A DNA stretch of 64,000 nucleotides. It comes from Candidatus Omnitrophota bacterium. GTDB taxonomy: Bacteria; Omnitrophota; Gorgyraeia; Gygaellales; Profunditerraquicolaceae. Positions 22,668-31,399 of the stretch are shown here, piece after piece. Location of the stretch: contig JBDRKE010000010.1 in the NCBI GenBank assembly GCA_043814315.1, positions 2,896 through 66,895 on the forward strand, written 5' to 3'. Position numbers and translations under genes: made by a program. The first letter of the stretch is position 1. The number at the start of each line of letters is the position of its first letter. The notes beneath the pieces are model-generated. The model saw nothing but the letters and a program-made list of their open reading frames with translations. It ran no database searches and had not been told where the DNA came from.

Positions 22668-24764
22668 ATGAGCAAGAAATTAGCAGAAATCCCTATACGT
22701 TTTCTTAAAGGCATCGGGCCAAAACGAGAAAGATCATTTCAGAAGCTTGGCATCCATAGCATAGAAGATATGCTCTACTATTTTCCCAGGCGCTATGAAG
22801 ACCGCAGCCGATTTGTAGGTATTTCGCAACTCAAAGAAGGCGAACCCCAGACGATTAAAGGAACGGTTCTGGCCAGAGGAGAGAAGCAGTCCTGGAAAAG
22901 GCGCAGGTTTAAAATACTGGAAGTCGTTGCAGGGGACGAAACAGGCAGGATATCTTGCGTCTGGTTCAATCAAGGGTATCTTAAGGATTATTTTGAAATA
23001 GGAGCGACGGTCATATTGTTTGGTTCTATCGAACGCTACCAGGGGCGATTACAGATGAACTCCCCTGAATTTGAGATTGTTTCAAAAGACGCAGATGAAT
23101 CTCTGAATATCGGCAGGATCACGCCTATTTACTTTTTGCCGGAAAGGTCCACCCAGCGTCATTTTCGTCAGGTGATAAAAGCCTGCCTGGAGGAATATGT
23201 GCCTGTGCTTTGCGACACCCTGCCTTATGATATGAGGGCAAGGAATCATCTTTTAAATCTTGCCCAAAGCCTTATTCATATCCATTTTCCCGATGATTTG
23301 AATACGCAGAAGCAGGCCTATGAGAGGCTCAGTTTTGAGGAGTTCCTATTATTTCAGTTGCCTTTGATCTTAAGAAAGATGAAGAAGAAAGAAAAAAGGG
23401 GAATAGCCCATAAGCCGCAAGGAGCGTTGGTAGGTGCCTTTATCTCTAACTTACCCTTCAAGTTGACTACGGCTCAGGAAAAGGTTATCCAGGAGATAAA
23501 GCTGGATATGGCCAGGCCCCAGGCGATGCAGCGGTTGCTGCAGGGGGATGTAGGGTCAGGCAAAACCGCTGTGGCCACCGTTGCCAGCATGATAACTATT
23601 CAGGGGGGGTATCAGGTCGCTTTTATGGTCCCGACAGAGGTACTGGCAAGGCAGCATTATAATAGAATCAGTTCGCAGCTCGGAGTTCGCAGCTCGGAGT
23701 TAAGGCAGATTAAGGTAGGGTTATTAACCAGCAGTGCCAATAAGAAAGAAAAAGAAAAAATCTATCAGGGTATCAAAGAGGGGAGCCTTGATTTAATTAT
23801 AGGAACGCATGCTCTTCTAGAAGAGAATGTGCAATTTAGGAATCTGGGGTTGGTGGTTATTGATGAGCAGCATAAGTTCGGGGTAGGGCAGCGCGCTTTA
23901 TTGCCCAAAAAGGGGGCTAATCCTGATTGTCTTATCATGACAGCTACGCCTATCCCCAGGACTTTAGCCATTACGCTCTACGGCGACTTGGATATTTCTA
24001 TTATTGGAGAGCTGCCTCCCGGAAGAGTGCCGATAAAAACACTGCATGTGCGAGAGGAGGATAGGCCAAAGGCTTATAAAATTGCCAGGGAGCAGCTTGA
24101 CAAAGGCAGGCAGGTTTACGTAATCTATCCTGTCATCGAGCAGTCTTATAGCTTGGACATGGCTGGCGCAAAAAAGATGTTTACTAAGCTCAAGGCAGGG
24201 GTGTTTAAAGATTTTAATTTAGGGCTTATCCACGGACGTCTGAAACAAAAAGAACAGGATGAGATCCTGCAGAAATTCAAGGATAGAGAATTAGATATTT
24301 TGGTTTCCACGACGGTATTGGAAGTCGGCATAGATATGCCCCATGCCACCTGCATGATAGTCGAACACGCCGAGCGTTTCGGCTTGAGCCAGTTGCATCA
24401 ATTGCGCGGCCGCGTGGGAAGGTCGATTTTCGAGTCTTTTTGTGTACTGGTATCAAGTGCCGGCACGCCAGAGGCAAAAAAACGCATAGAGGCCATGATG
24501 AATTTTAGCGACGGCTTCAAAATAGCCCAGCAGGATTTAAAGATTAGGGGGCCAGGAGAGTTTTTCGGCAGCAGACAGCATGGCCTGACTGAGTTAAGGA
24601 TCGGCAATCCCTTAACCCAGATGCAGTTGTTGAAGAGGGCGAGGCTTGAGGCCATAAGGCTTCTTGGGCTTGATTCTCATCTGGAACTCAGACAGAATGC
24701 AGCATTGAAGGAAAAGCTTTCGCAGAGGTTCCCGGAGTACGAGAAATTAATGCTTGTGGGCTGA
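22668..24764 (+). CDS. recG: ATP-dependent DNA helicase RecG
   Basis: LKGIGPKR wedge region, GDVGSGKT Walker A, DEQHKFG, TATPIPRT, QLRGRVGR. ATG 22668 is preferred over the tracked TTG 22620. Confidence 0.9.
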   Translation: MSKKLAEIPIRFLKGIGPKRERSFQKLGIHSIEDMLYYFPRRYEDRSRFVGISQLKEGEPQTIKGTVLARGEKQSWKRRRFKILEVVAGDETGRISCVWFNQGYLKDYFEIGATVILFGSIERYQGRLQMNSPEFEIVSKDADESLNIGRITPIYFLPERSTQRHFRQVIKACLEEYVPVLCDTLPYDMRARNHLLNLAQSLIHIHFPDDLNTQKQAYERLSFEEFLLFQLPLILRKMKKKEKRGIAHKPQGALVGAFISNLPFKLTTAQEKVIQEIKLDMARPQAMQRLLQGDVGSGKTAVATVASMITIQGGYQVAFMVPTEVLARQHYNRISSQLGVRSSELRQIKVGLLTSSANKKEKEKIYQGIKEGSLDLIIGTHALLEENVQFRNLGLVVIDEQHKFGVGQRALLPKKGANPDCLIMTATPIPRTLAITLYGDLDISIIGELPPGRVPIKTLHVREEDRPKAYKIAREQLDKGRQVYVIYPVIEQSYSLDMAGAKKMFTKLKAGVFKDFNLGLIHGRLKQKEQDEILQKFKDRELDILVSTTVLEVGIDMPHATCMIVEHAERFGLSQLHQLRGRVGRSIFESFCVLVSSAGTPEAKKRIEAMMNFSDGFKIAQQDLKIRGPGEFFGSRQHGLTELRIGNPLTQMQLLKRARLEAIRLLGLDSHLELRQNAALKEKLSQRFPEYEKLMLVG

Positions 24765-24770
24765 TGTATT

Positions 24771-24897
24771 AATTTCAAATGTCAAAATTCAAAGAACAAA
24801 ATAAATCCAAAATCCAAATTTCAAAACAAAACCTTTTTTAGTTTTTAATTTTGTGCTTTATGCTTATTTTGAGCTTTGTGCTTTGACATTTGAATTT
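24771..24897. repeat. Family-2 intergenic palindrome (AAATCCAAA / TTTGGATTT word arms)
   Basis: Left arm TCAAATGTCAAAATTCAAAG... pairs with right arm ...CTTTGTGCTTTGACATTTGA. Confidence 0.75.
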
Positions 24898-24903
24898 TAG
24901 CTT

Positions 24904-25569
24904 ATGCATATAACTACAGGTAAATACAAGGGTAGGGTTATAAGGATGCCCAAGGGCATCAGGCCCACGCAGGAGAAGGTAAGAAAAGCTTTTTTTGATA
25001 TCTTGGGGGATATAGAGGGATTGTCTTTTTTAGAGTTGTTTTCAGGTTCGGGCGCCGTGGGGTTTGAAGCTGTTTCGCGGGGCGTTAAGGAGCTGATCTT
25101 GGTTGAGGTTGACTGCGGCTGTAGGCTCGCCTTAAAAAAGAACATTGAGTCTCTTGGATTAAAAACCTGTGATTTGTACCCTCAACAGGCAGATGTGGCT
25201 ATCAGGAGGCTCCATAGGGAGAAGCGCAACTTCGACATTATTTTCCTGGATCCCCCTTATTATAAAGGCTCAAGCTCCTGCCACGTCCCAAAAAGATTGG
25301 CTGGTGGCTCGGGGTTAAGGGGGATGACAGGGGAATCTTTATCAAAAAAAACCTTGCAAATGTTAGAGGCTTATGATATATTAGCCCCCAATGGTTTTGT
25401 GGTTGTGCAGCATTTCAAAAAAGACGATCTCCCAGAAGCCCTGGGAGATTTAACCTTATTAAAGCGTTCGACTTACGGAGATACCGTTTTATCATTTTAT
25501 AGGAAGGGAAATCCCAATTTCCAAATCCCAATAACCGAAACAAATCACTCTTTGGAATTTGGATTTTGA
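24904..25569 (+). CDS. rsmD: 16S rRNA (guanine966-N2)-methyltransferase RsmD, with an internal insert and a repeat-derived C-terminal tail
   Basis: ITTGKYKGR, RPTQEKVRKAFFDIL, FLDPPY motifs. The last ~20 codons lie inside the family-2 repeat. Confidence 0.8.
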   Translation: MHITTGKYKGRVIRMPKGIRPTQEKVRKAFFDILGDIEGLSFLELFSGSGAVGFEAVSRGVKELILVEVDCGCRLALKKNIESLGLKTCDLYPQQADVAIRRLHREKRNFDIIFLDPPYYKGSSSCHVPKRLAGGSGLRGMTGESLSKKTLQMLEAYDILAPNGFVVVQHFKKDDLPEALGDLTLLKRSTYGDTVLSFYRKGNPNFQIPITETNHSLEFGF

Positions 25570-25600
25570 AATTTGCCTGCCTGCCGCAGGCAGGGATTTT
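25509..25600. repeat. Family-2 repeat copy with a GCCTGCCTGCCGCAGGCAGGG core
   Basis: AATCCCAATTTCCAAATCCCAA ... TTGGAATTTGGATTTTGAAATTT, with the palindromic core at 25575..25595. Confidence 0.75.
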
Positions 25601-25620
25601 AAGGAGCGAAGCGACGAAAG

Positions 25621-26109
25621 ATGTGTCAAACAGCCATATACGCAGGTACATTCGATCCAGTCACTTACGGACATATTGACGTGGTAAAGAGGGCCAGGGA
25701 AATATTTCCTGGGCTTATTGTGGCTGTGGCTGCCAATCCCCATAAGAGGCCTCTGTTTAGCGTAGCCGAAAGGATGTCTCTGCTTAAAAAAGCAACAGCT
25801 GGCCTGGAGGGAATTGAGGTCTGTGATTTTGAAGGACTGGTGGTAGATTTCTGCCGTAAGCGCAAAGTCAAGGTTCTCATGCGCGGGTTACGCATGGTCT
25901 CTGATTTTGAATACGAGTTTCAGATGGCCTTGACTAACAGGAAGCTCTCGCCTGATATAGAAACAATCTTTCTTATGCCTCATGAATCCTACAGTTACCT
26001 TTCTTCAAGGCTTTTGAAAGAAGCGGCTTCCCTGGGAGCGGATTTATCAAGTTTTGTGCCGTCTTCCGTTGAGAAGGCGCTTAAGAAAAAGTTACATAAA
26101 GTTGCCTAA
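25621..26109 (+). CDS. coaD: Phosphopantetheine adenylyltransferase
   Basis: AIYAGTFDPVTYGHIDV motif, 162 aa. Confidence 0.9.
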   Translation: MCQTAIYAGTFDPVTYGHIDVVKRAREIFPGLIVAVAANPHKRPLFSVAERMSLLKKATAGLEGIEVCDFEGLVVDFCRKRKVKVLMRGLRMVSDFEYEFQMALTNRKLSPDIETIFLMPHESYSYLSSRLLKEAASLGADLSSFVPSSVEKALKKKLHKVA

Positions 26110-26175
26110 GGTTACAAAAGCAAAGTCTTTTTGAAAAGGCCTGTAACCTCATGGAGCTTTAGGTAACTTGTTATT

Positions 26176-26592
26176 ATGAAGATAGATATTAGGCAGGTGC
26201 CTTCTGAGGGGTTGGTTTTAACGGAAGCCTTTAATCCCTCAAGCTTAGATTTAGAGACAGAAACAATCAAATTCAGCGGCCCTGTCATCGCTAAGGCGCA
26301 CGTTTCTATAATCACCAATGCGCTGACCATACACCTGGCCCTTAGCGGCCTTATGCATCTGGCCTGTAGCTGTTGCCTTGATGATTTTGAATTCAAGCTA
26401 GCTAAAGAATTCGATTTGAATTATTCGATCAAGGAATCCGAGCCCTTTATCGATTTGAATCCGCAGATAAGAGAAGAGATTATCATAGATTATCCTATAA
26501 AATCATTATGCCGGAGGCAGTGCCTTGGGTTATGTCCGAAGTGCGGCAAGAATTTAAATGAAGGAAAATGCAATTGTGTACGTAAGGTGTAA
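26176..26592 (+). CDS. yceD: YceD/DUF177 family protein
   Basis: C-terminal CxxxCxGLCPKCGxNLN motif and its position directly upstream of rpmF. Confidence 0.8.
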   Translation: MKIDIRQVPSEGLVLTEAFNPSSLDLETETIKFSGPVIAKAHVSIITNALTIHLALSGLMHLACSCCLDDFEFKLAKEFDLNYSIKESEPFIDLNPQIREEIIIDYPIKSLCRRQCLGLCPKCGKNLNEGKCNCVRKV

Positions 26593-26738
26593 AGCACAAA
26601 GCGTAAAGTTAAAGCTCAGAACTTCCCGCTCGGCTATTAAATTCATGGCGGGATCCCGTCTATTTTTCCGAATAGCTTTACGGGAAAACGTTTTGAACTT
26701 TACGCTTTAGTTTTGCGCTTTACGCTTTGAGTTTTACG
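26589..26738. repeat. Intergenic palindrome built from GTAAAGC/GCTTTAC words
   Basis: GTAAAGCACAAAGCGTAAAGTTAAAGCTCAGAAC lies opposite GTTTTGAACTTTACGCTTTAGTTTTGCGCTTTACGC, with inner CCCGC/GCGGG stems. Confidence 0.7.
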
Positions 26739-26766
26739 TTTTCTGAGCGGCTGAAAGGAGCGAGCT

Positions 26767-26970
26767 GTGGCTTTACCTAAAAGACGACATTCAAAAGCTC
26801 GGGGAAGGCGACGCCGAACGCACTACAAAATTACACAGGCTCATCTTGCCCCTTGCCCGCAATGCAAGCAGTTGAAATTGTCTCACCGGGCTTGCGCAGC
26901 TTGCGGCTATTATGGCGGCAGGCAGGTTATCGAGATCAAGGTCAAAGAGAAGAAGAAGAAGAAAACCTAG
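26767..26970 (+). CDS. rpmF: 50S ribosomal protein L32
   Basis: ALPKRRHSKARGRRRRTH, CxxC...CxxC. GTG start after a GGAG RBS. Confidence 0.9.
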   Translation: MALPKRRHSKARGRRRRTHYKITQAHLAPCPQCKQLKLSHRACAACGYYGGRQVIEIKVKEKKKKKT

Positions 26971-26973
26971 CAG

Positions 26974-27047
26974 GTTGTTCGGAGTTCATTATGCGAAGTT
27001 CATAATAAAATATTTATACTTCGAACTTCGAACTTCGAACTACGAAC
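26974..27047. repeat. Intergenic palindrome built from TTCGAAC words
   Basis: GTTCGGAGTTCATTATGCGAAGTTCAT lies opposite ACTTCGAACTTCGAACTTCGAACTACGAAC. Confidence 0.6.
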
Positions 27048-27051
27048 TAAT

Positions 27052-28044
27052 ATGAAAATAATCGTCGATGCGATGGGGGGCGACTACGCTCCTGAGGTGG
27101 TCATTAAAGGTTCTGTCGAAGCCGTGAATGAGTTTGGAGCGGATATTGTCCTTGTGGGGGATGAGACGAGGCTTGCGCCTCTTTTAAAAAAGGCTAAGTA
27201 CAGCGAAAACAGAATAACTATCCGTCATGCCGCAGAGGTTATCGGAATGTCTGAACCTGCTGCGGTCAGCATCAGGAGAAAACGAAATTCATCCATCGTT
27301 GTAGGTGTCAGTTTAGTTAAGGCAGGCGAGGGAGAAGCCTTTCTTAGCGCAGGAAACACCGGCGCTGTGGTTTGCGCGGCTACCCTGGGCTTAGGTTTAT
27401 TATCGGGAGTTGAAAGGCCGGGAATTGCCCTGGTGGTGCCCACCTTAAAAGGCATATCTTTGGTTATTGATGTCGGTGCCAATATCGATCCCAAGCCGAC
27501 CCAGCTGTTACAATACGGCATTATGGGAGATGCTTACTTCCGTTATATATTAAACAGGCCCGATCCCAAGGTTGGGCTCCTTAATATCGGGGAAGAAGAG
27601 GCGAAGGGCACTGACTTTATTAAAGAGACGCGGGATTTGCTGGAGAAAAGCAGCGTTAATTTTATCGGTAACTTGGAGGCCAAAGATTTATTTTCCGGTA
27701 AATGCGATGTTATTATCTGCGATGGTTTTGTAGGCAATGTCGCTTTAAAGGTTTCTGAAAGCGCCGTAGAAACCATGCAGGTTTTTTTAAAGAGGCATCT
27801 CTTGAGTAATCCTTTAGGAAAGCTTGGCCTTTTATTTTTAATGCCGAGTCTCAAACGTTTTAAGAAAGACTTGGACTATGCTGAATATGGCGGAGCTCCC
27901 CTGTTAGGAGTGAATGGTGTGGTGATTATCGGCCATGGCCGCTCCAATGCAAAAGCCATCAAGAATGCCATTAGGGTTGCCAAGGAAGAGGTCGAGCGTA
28001 AGTTTAATGAAAAGATCTTAGAAGCGATTAAAACCAGTAGCTAG
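27052..28044 (+). CDS. plsX: Phosphate acyltransferase PlsX
   Basis: DAMGGDYAP, SAGNTGA, DGFVGNV motifs. Confidence 0.9.
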   Translation: MKIIVDAMGGDYAPEVVIKGSVEAVNEFGADIVLVGDETRLAPLLKKAKYSENRITIRHAAEVIGMSEPAAVSIRRKRNSSIVVGVSLVKAGEGEAFLSAGNTGAVVCAATLGLGLLSGVERPGIALVVPTLKGISLVIDVGANIDPKPTQLLQYGIMGDAYFRYILNRPDPKVGLLNIGEEEAKGTDFIKETRDLLEKSSVNFIGNLEAKDLFSGKCDVIICDGFVGNVALKVSESAVETMQVFLKRHLLSNPLGKLGLLFLMPSLKRFKKDLDYAEYGGAPLLGVNGVVIIGHGRSNAKAIKNAIRVAKEEVERKFNEKILEAIKTSS

Positions 28045-28165
28045 TAATTTAGTCACTAGTAACTGGTAATTAATGAATAAAAAACTTTATTTAGATGGCA
28101 AAGAAAAAGTGTATAAATTTGTTATTGATTTTAAAAATAAAATTACCGGTTACTGATTACTAATC
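28042..28165. repeat. Intergenic inverted repeat built from TAGTAA/TTACTA words with a large loop
   Basis: TAGTAATTTAGTCACTAGTAACTGGTAATT lies opposite AATTACCGGTTACTGATTACTAATC. Confidence 0.65.
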
Positions 28166-28167
28166 AT

Positions 28168-29145
28168 ATGAAAAAAGTAGGCATCATCGGGGTCGGAGAG
28201 TATTTGCCTAAAAAAGTCTTAACGAACGCTGATTTGGAGAAAATGGTGGAGACGTCTGACGAATGGATCACCACCCGTTCGGGTATAAAGCAAAGGCGTC
28301 TGGCTGCCAAACACGAGGCCACTTCGGATCTGGCGATGAAATCAGCCAAGGCTGCCTTAGAAGATGCCAATCTCGACCCTAAAGATCTGGAATTAATCAT
28401 AGTGGCTACCATCACTCCTGATAAACCGTTTCCCGCTGTGAGCTGTTTTTTGCAGAATGCCCTGGGTGCTAAAAATGCCGTATGTTTTGATATCTCAGCT
28501 GCCTGCGCAGGTTTTGTTTATGGTATATCCGTGGCTCAGCAGTTTATTGCCCGTGGCGCCTATAAAAATGCGCTGGTGGTAGGCGCAGAGATACTTTCCC
28601 GTGTAACTGACTGGGAAGACAGAGCTACCTGCGTATTGTTCGGAGACGGCGCCGGGGCTGCTGTATTGGCAGAGGTAAAATCAGGAGGCATACTTTCTGT
28701 CCATTTGGGTAGCGACGGTTCCAAAACGGATTTACTGATGATACCTGCGGGAGGCTCTAAGATTCCGGCATCGCATCAGAGTATTGACGAACGGCTCCAT
28801 TTTATAAAAATGGAGGGCAATGAAGTTTTTAAATTAGCCGTGACGATTATGGCAGAGGCCGCTCAGGCCGCCTTTAGGCTGGCAGGCCTGGAATGCAAGG
28901 ATATAGACCTGGTTATCCCGCATCAGGCCAATATCCGTATCATTATGGCTATGGCAAAAAAATTAGGCCTCACTCCGCAGAAGGTTTACCTCAATATAGA
29001 GAAATACGGGAATATGTCTTCCGCTTCTACGGCTACGGCCCTTTGCGAGGCGGTAAAAGAAGGAAGGATTAAAAAAGGGGATGTTGTTCTCCTGGTGGCG
29101 TTTGGGGCGGGCCTGGTTTGGGGCGCCTGCGTCATTAAGTGGTAG
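28168..29145 (+). CDS. fabH: 3-oxoacyl-ACP synthase III
   Basis: AACAGF active-site Cys, HQAN, GNMSSAS motifs. Confidence 0.9.
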   Translation: MKKVGIIGVGEYLPKKVLTNADLEKMVETSDEWITTRSGIKQRRLAAKHEATSDLAMKSAKAALEDANLDPKDLELIIVATITPDKPFPAVSCFLQNALGAKNAVCFDISAACAGFVYGISVAQQFIARGAYKNALVVGAEILSRVTDWEDRATCVLFGDGAGAAVLAEVKSGGILSVHLGSDGSKTDLLMIPAGGSKIPASHQSIDERLHFIKMEGNEVFKLAVTIMAEAAQAAFRLAGLECKDIDLVIPHQANIRIIMAMAKKLGLTPQKVYLNIEKYGNMSSASTATALCEAVKEGRIKKGDVVLLVAFGAGLVWGACVIKW

Positions 29146-29179
29146 ATAAATTGTAGCGCACTTTACACTATTCGTATTT

Positions 29180-30124
29180 ATGGTTGCGTATTTATTTGCC
29201 GGTCAAGGTAGCCAATATGTGGGCATGGGGAAGGATTTATATGAGGCTTTCCCTGAAAGCAAGGCGGTCTTTGATAAGGCGGACCAAATCTTGGGGTTTT
29301 CTTTGACTCAACTTTGCTTTGAGGGGCCGCCGGAAGAATTGAAGCAGACCCGGAATTGCCAGCCAGCTATCCTGACCATGAGCATTGCGGCTTGGCAAGC
29401 GTTTCGTTCAGTTCGAAGTTCTCCTGCGAAGGCGGATCCGCCTGCGCAGGAGAAGTGCGAAGCGCGCACGTTTGCGGCGGGGTTAAGCCTGGGTGAATAC
29501 TCGGCGTTAGTGGCAGCAGAGGCTTTAAGTTTTGAGGATGCTGTTTATCTTGTCAGGAAACGCGCAGAGTTCATGGAGCAGGAAGCACTCAAAAAACCCG
29601 GAAGAATGCTTTCTATCATCGGTCTTGATTTGGAAACCGTAAAACAGATTTGCCGGGAAACCCACGCCGAGATCGCCAATTTGAACTGTCCCGGTCAAAT
29701 AGTCATATCCGCAAGCCCGGATAATATAGAGAAGGCTCAAGACAAAGCCAGGCAGAAGTCTGCCAGGATGACTATTCCTCTGGAGGTAAGCGGCGCGTTT
29801 CATTCTTCATTCATGAGGGACGCCAGCGCAAGACTCGCCACAGAGCTTGAGAAAATCAAGTTTAAGGCACCGCGTATTCCCGTTGTCTCTAATGTAACCG
29901 CAAAACCCCCTGTCTCAACGGAAGAGATTAAGGACAATCTGATTCAGCAGGTGGCCTCCAGCGTTCTTTGGGAGGACTCGATGAGATTCCTGTTATCTGA
30001 AGGGGTAAGGAATTTCTTCGAATTCGGTCCGGGTAACGTCTTAAAAGGCCTGATGCGGCGTATCGAGCCACAGGCCAAAATTGTCAATATAGGAAAGAAA
30101 GAGGATGTCGTTAACCTTTGGTAA
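29180..30124 (+). CDS. fabD: Malonyl-CoA-ACP transacylase, with a palindrome-encoded insert before the active site
   Basis: FAGQGSQ, GLSLGEYSAL, SGAFHS motifs. The insert is at 29405..29475. Confidence 0.9.
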   Translation: MVAYLFAGQGSQYVGMGKDLYEAFPESKAVFDKADQILGFSLTQLCFEGPPEELKQTRNCQPAILTMSIAAWQAFRSVRSSPAKADPPAQEKCEARTFAAGLSLGEYSALVAAEALSFEDAVYLVRKRAEFMEQEALKKPGRMLSIIGLDLETVKQICRETHAEIANLNCPGQIVISASPDNIEKAQDKARQKSARMTIPLEVSGAFHSSFMRDASARLATELEKIKFKAPRIPVVSNVTAKPPVSTEEIKDNLIQQVASSVLWEDSMRFLLSEGVRNFFEFGPGNVLKGLMRRIEPQAKIVNIGKKEDVVNLW

Positions 30125-30142
30125 GGTAAGGGGAGAAGAAGT

Positions 30143-30886
30143 ATGCGCCTTAAGGATAAGGTTGTTTTGATAACGGGCGGAGCCAGGGGTATTGGCAAGG
30201 CGATAGCGCTCACTTTTGCCCGGGAAGGCTCCCATGTTGTCATCGGGGATGTGAATATTGAAGAAGCCAGGAAGTCCTCTCTTGAGATAGAATCCCTGGG
30301 CCGGCAATCACTGGCTTTGGAGCTGGATGTTACGAATTACGATAAAGTCGAAGAAACCGTAAACAAAATTCTTGACAAATTCACAAAGGTTGATATATTA
30401 GTTAACAATGCTGGCATCACGAAGGATAATCTTCTCTTGAGGATGAGCGAGGCAGAGTGGGATGCCGTTCTTAATGTAAATCTAAAGGGCGCATTTAATT
30501 GTATAAAGGCCGTGTCCAGGCCCATGATAAAACAGAGGCAGGGCAGGATTATCAACATAGCCTCTATCATCGGTTTAATAGGGAATGCCGGCCAGGCCAA
30601 TTACTCTGCTTCTAAAGCGGGGATCATTGCTCTTACAAAAACCGCAGCTAAGGAGCTGGCTAGCAGGAATATAAACGTAAATGCGATTGCCCCCGGTTTT
30701 ATTGAGACCGAGATGACAGCAAGGCTGCCGCAAGATTTAAAGCAGAAGATGAAAGAGTTGATACCGCTTAAGGAGTTTGGCAGCCCTTCAGATATAGCAG
30801 CTGTAACCTTATTTTTAGCTTCAGAAGAAGCCAGTTATATTACCGGTCAAACGATTGTGGTTGACGGGGGAATGGTCATGCAGTAA
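30143..30886 (+). CDS. fabG: 3-oxoacyl-ACP reductase
   Basis: TGGARGIG, NNAG, YSASKAG SDR motifs. Confidence 0.9.
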   Translation: MRLKDKVVLITGGARGIGKAIALTFAREGSHVVIGDVNIEEARKSSLEIESLGRQSLALELDVTNYDKVEETVNKILDKFTKVDILVNNAGITKDNLLLRMSEAEWDAVLNVNLKGAFNCIKAVSRPMIKQRQGRIINIASIIGLIGNAGQANYSASKAGIIALTKTAAKELASRNINVNAIAPGFIETEMTARLPQDLKQKMKELIPLKEFGSPSDIAAVTLFLASEEASYITGQTIVVDGGMVMQ

Positions 30887-30896
30887 TAGGAGCGGT

Positions 30897-31050
30897 CCCT
30901 CGCCTGAAAGCGGGAAGCGTTCAGGGTTCGGGATAATTTGCTGACATAACGGGAAAGAGGGCAAATACATTAGCCCTCGCGCGAAAGCAGGAAACGCATT
31001 GAGCTCGGGATCAATTTACAGACCCGTTAACAAGCGGGTAAATTGAGGAG
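30897..31050. repeat. Diverged tandem duplication (~77 bp x2) upstream of acpP
   Basis: Both units start CCCTCGC(C/G)(T/C)GAAAGC(G/A)GGAA(G/A)CG and share ...CTCGGGAT.AATTT... later in the unit. Confidence 0.5.
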
Positions 31051-31059
31051 GTAAAAAGA

Positions 31060-31299
31060 ATGGCAGTGCAAGAGAAAGTCAAGTCAATTATTGCGGAACA
31101 ACTAGGTGTCAAGCCGGAGGAAGTAACTCCTGAAGCATCGTTTGTCGATGATTTAGGCGCAGATTCTCTGGACACTGTTGAATTGGTCATGGCCCTGGAA
31201 GAGGAGTTCGGTATTGAGATTCCGGATGAGGATGCAGAGAAAATCACTACGGTGGGTGATGCTATTAAGTATATTGAGGAGAAAACAGCCAATAAATAA
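31060..31299 (+). CDS. acpP: Acyl carrier protein
   Basis: [20 protein letters not shown]. Confidence 0.95.
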   Translation: MAVQEKVKSIIAEQLGVKPEEVTPEASFVDDLGADSLDTVELVMALEEEFGIEIPDEDAEKITTVGDAIKYIEEKTANK

Positions 31300-31399
31300 A
31301 ATTTAATATAAATTGACCTGTCCGATGGCAGGAAGTTTTCTTATCATTTACCCCGCAGTAAGCTAAGGCGGGGTAAATTATAATACATAGGCTAAAGAA

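Noticed and set aside
23671-23698. A 14-bp tandem duplication (GTTCGCAGCTCGGA x2) inside recG, considered as a possible slippage or frameshift site.
   Set aside because: The reading frame stays open and the helicase motifs on both sides are in frame. Without ortholog alignment I cannot show that it is an insertion, so I did not report it as a finding.
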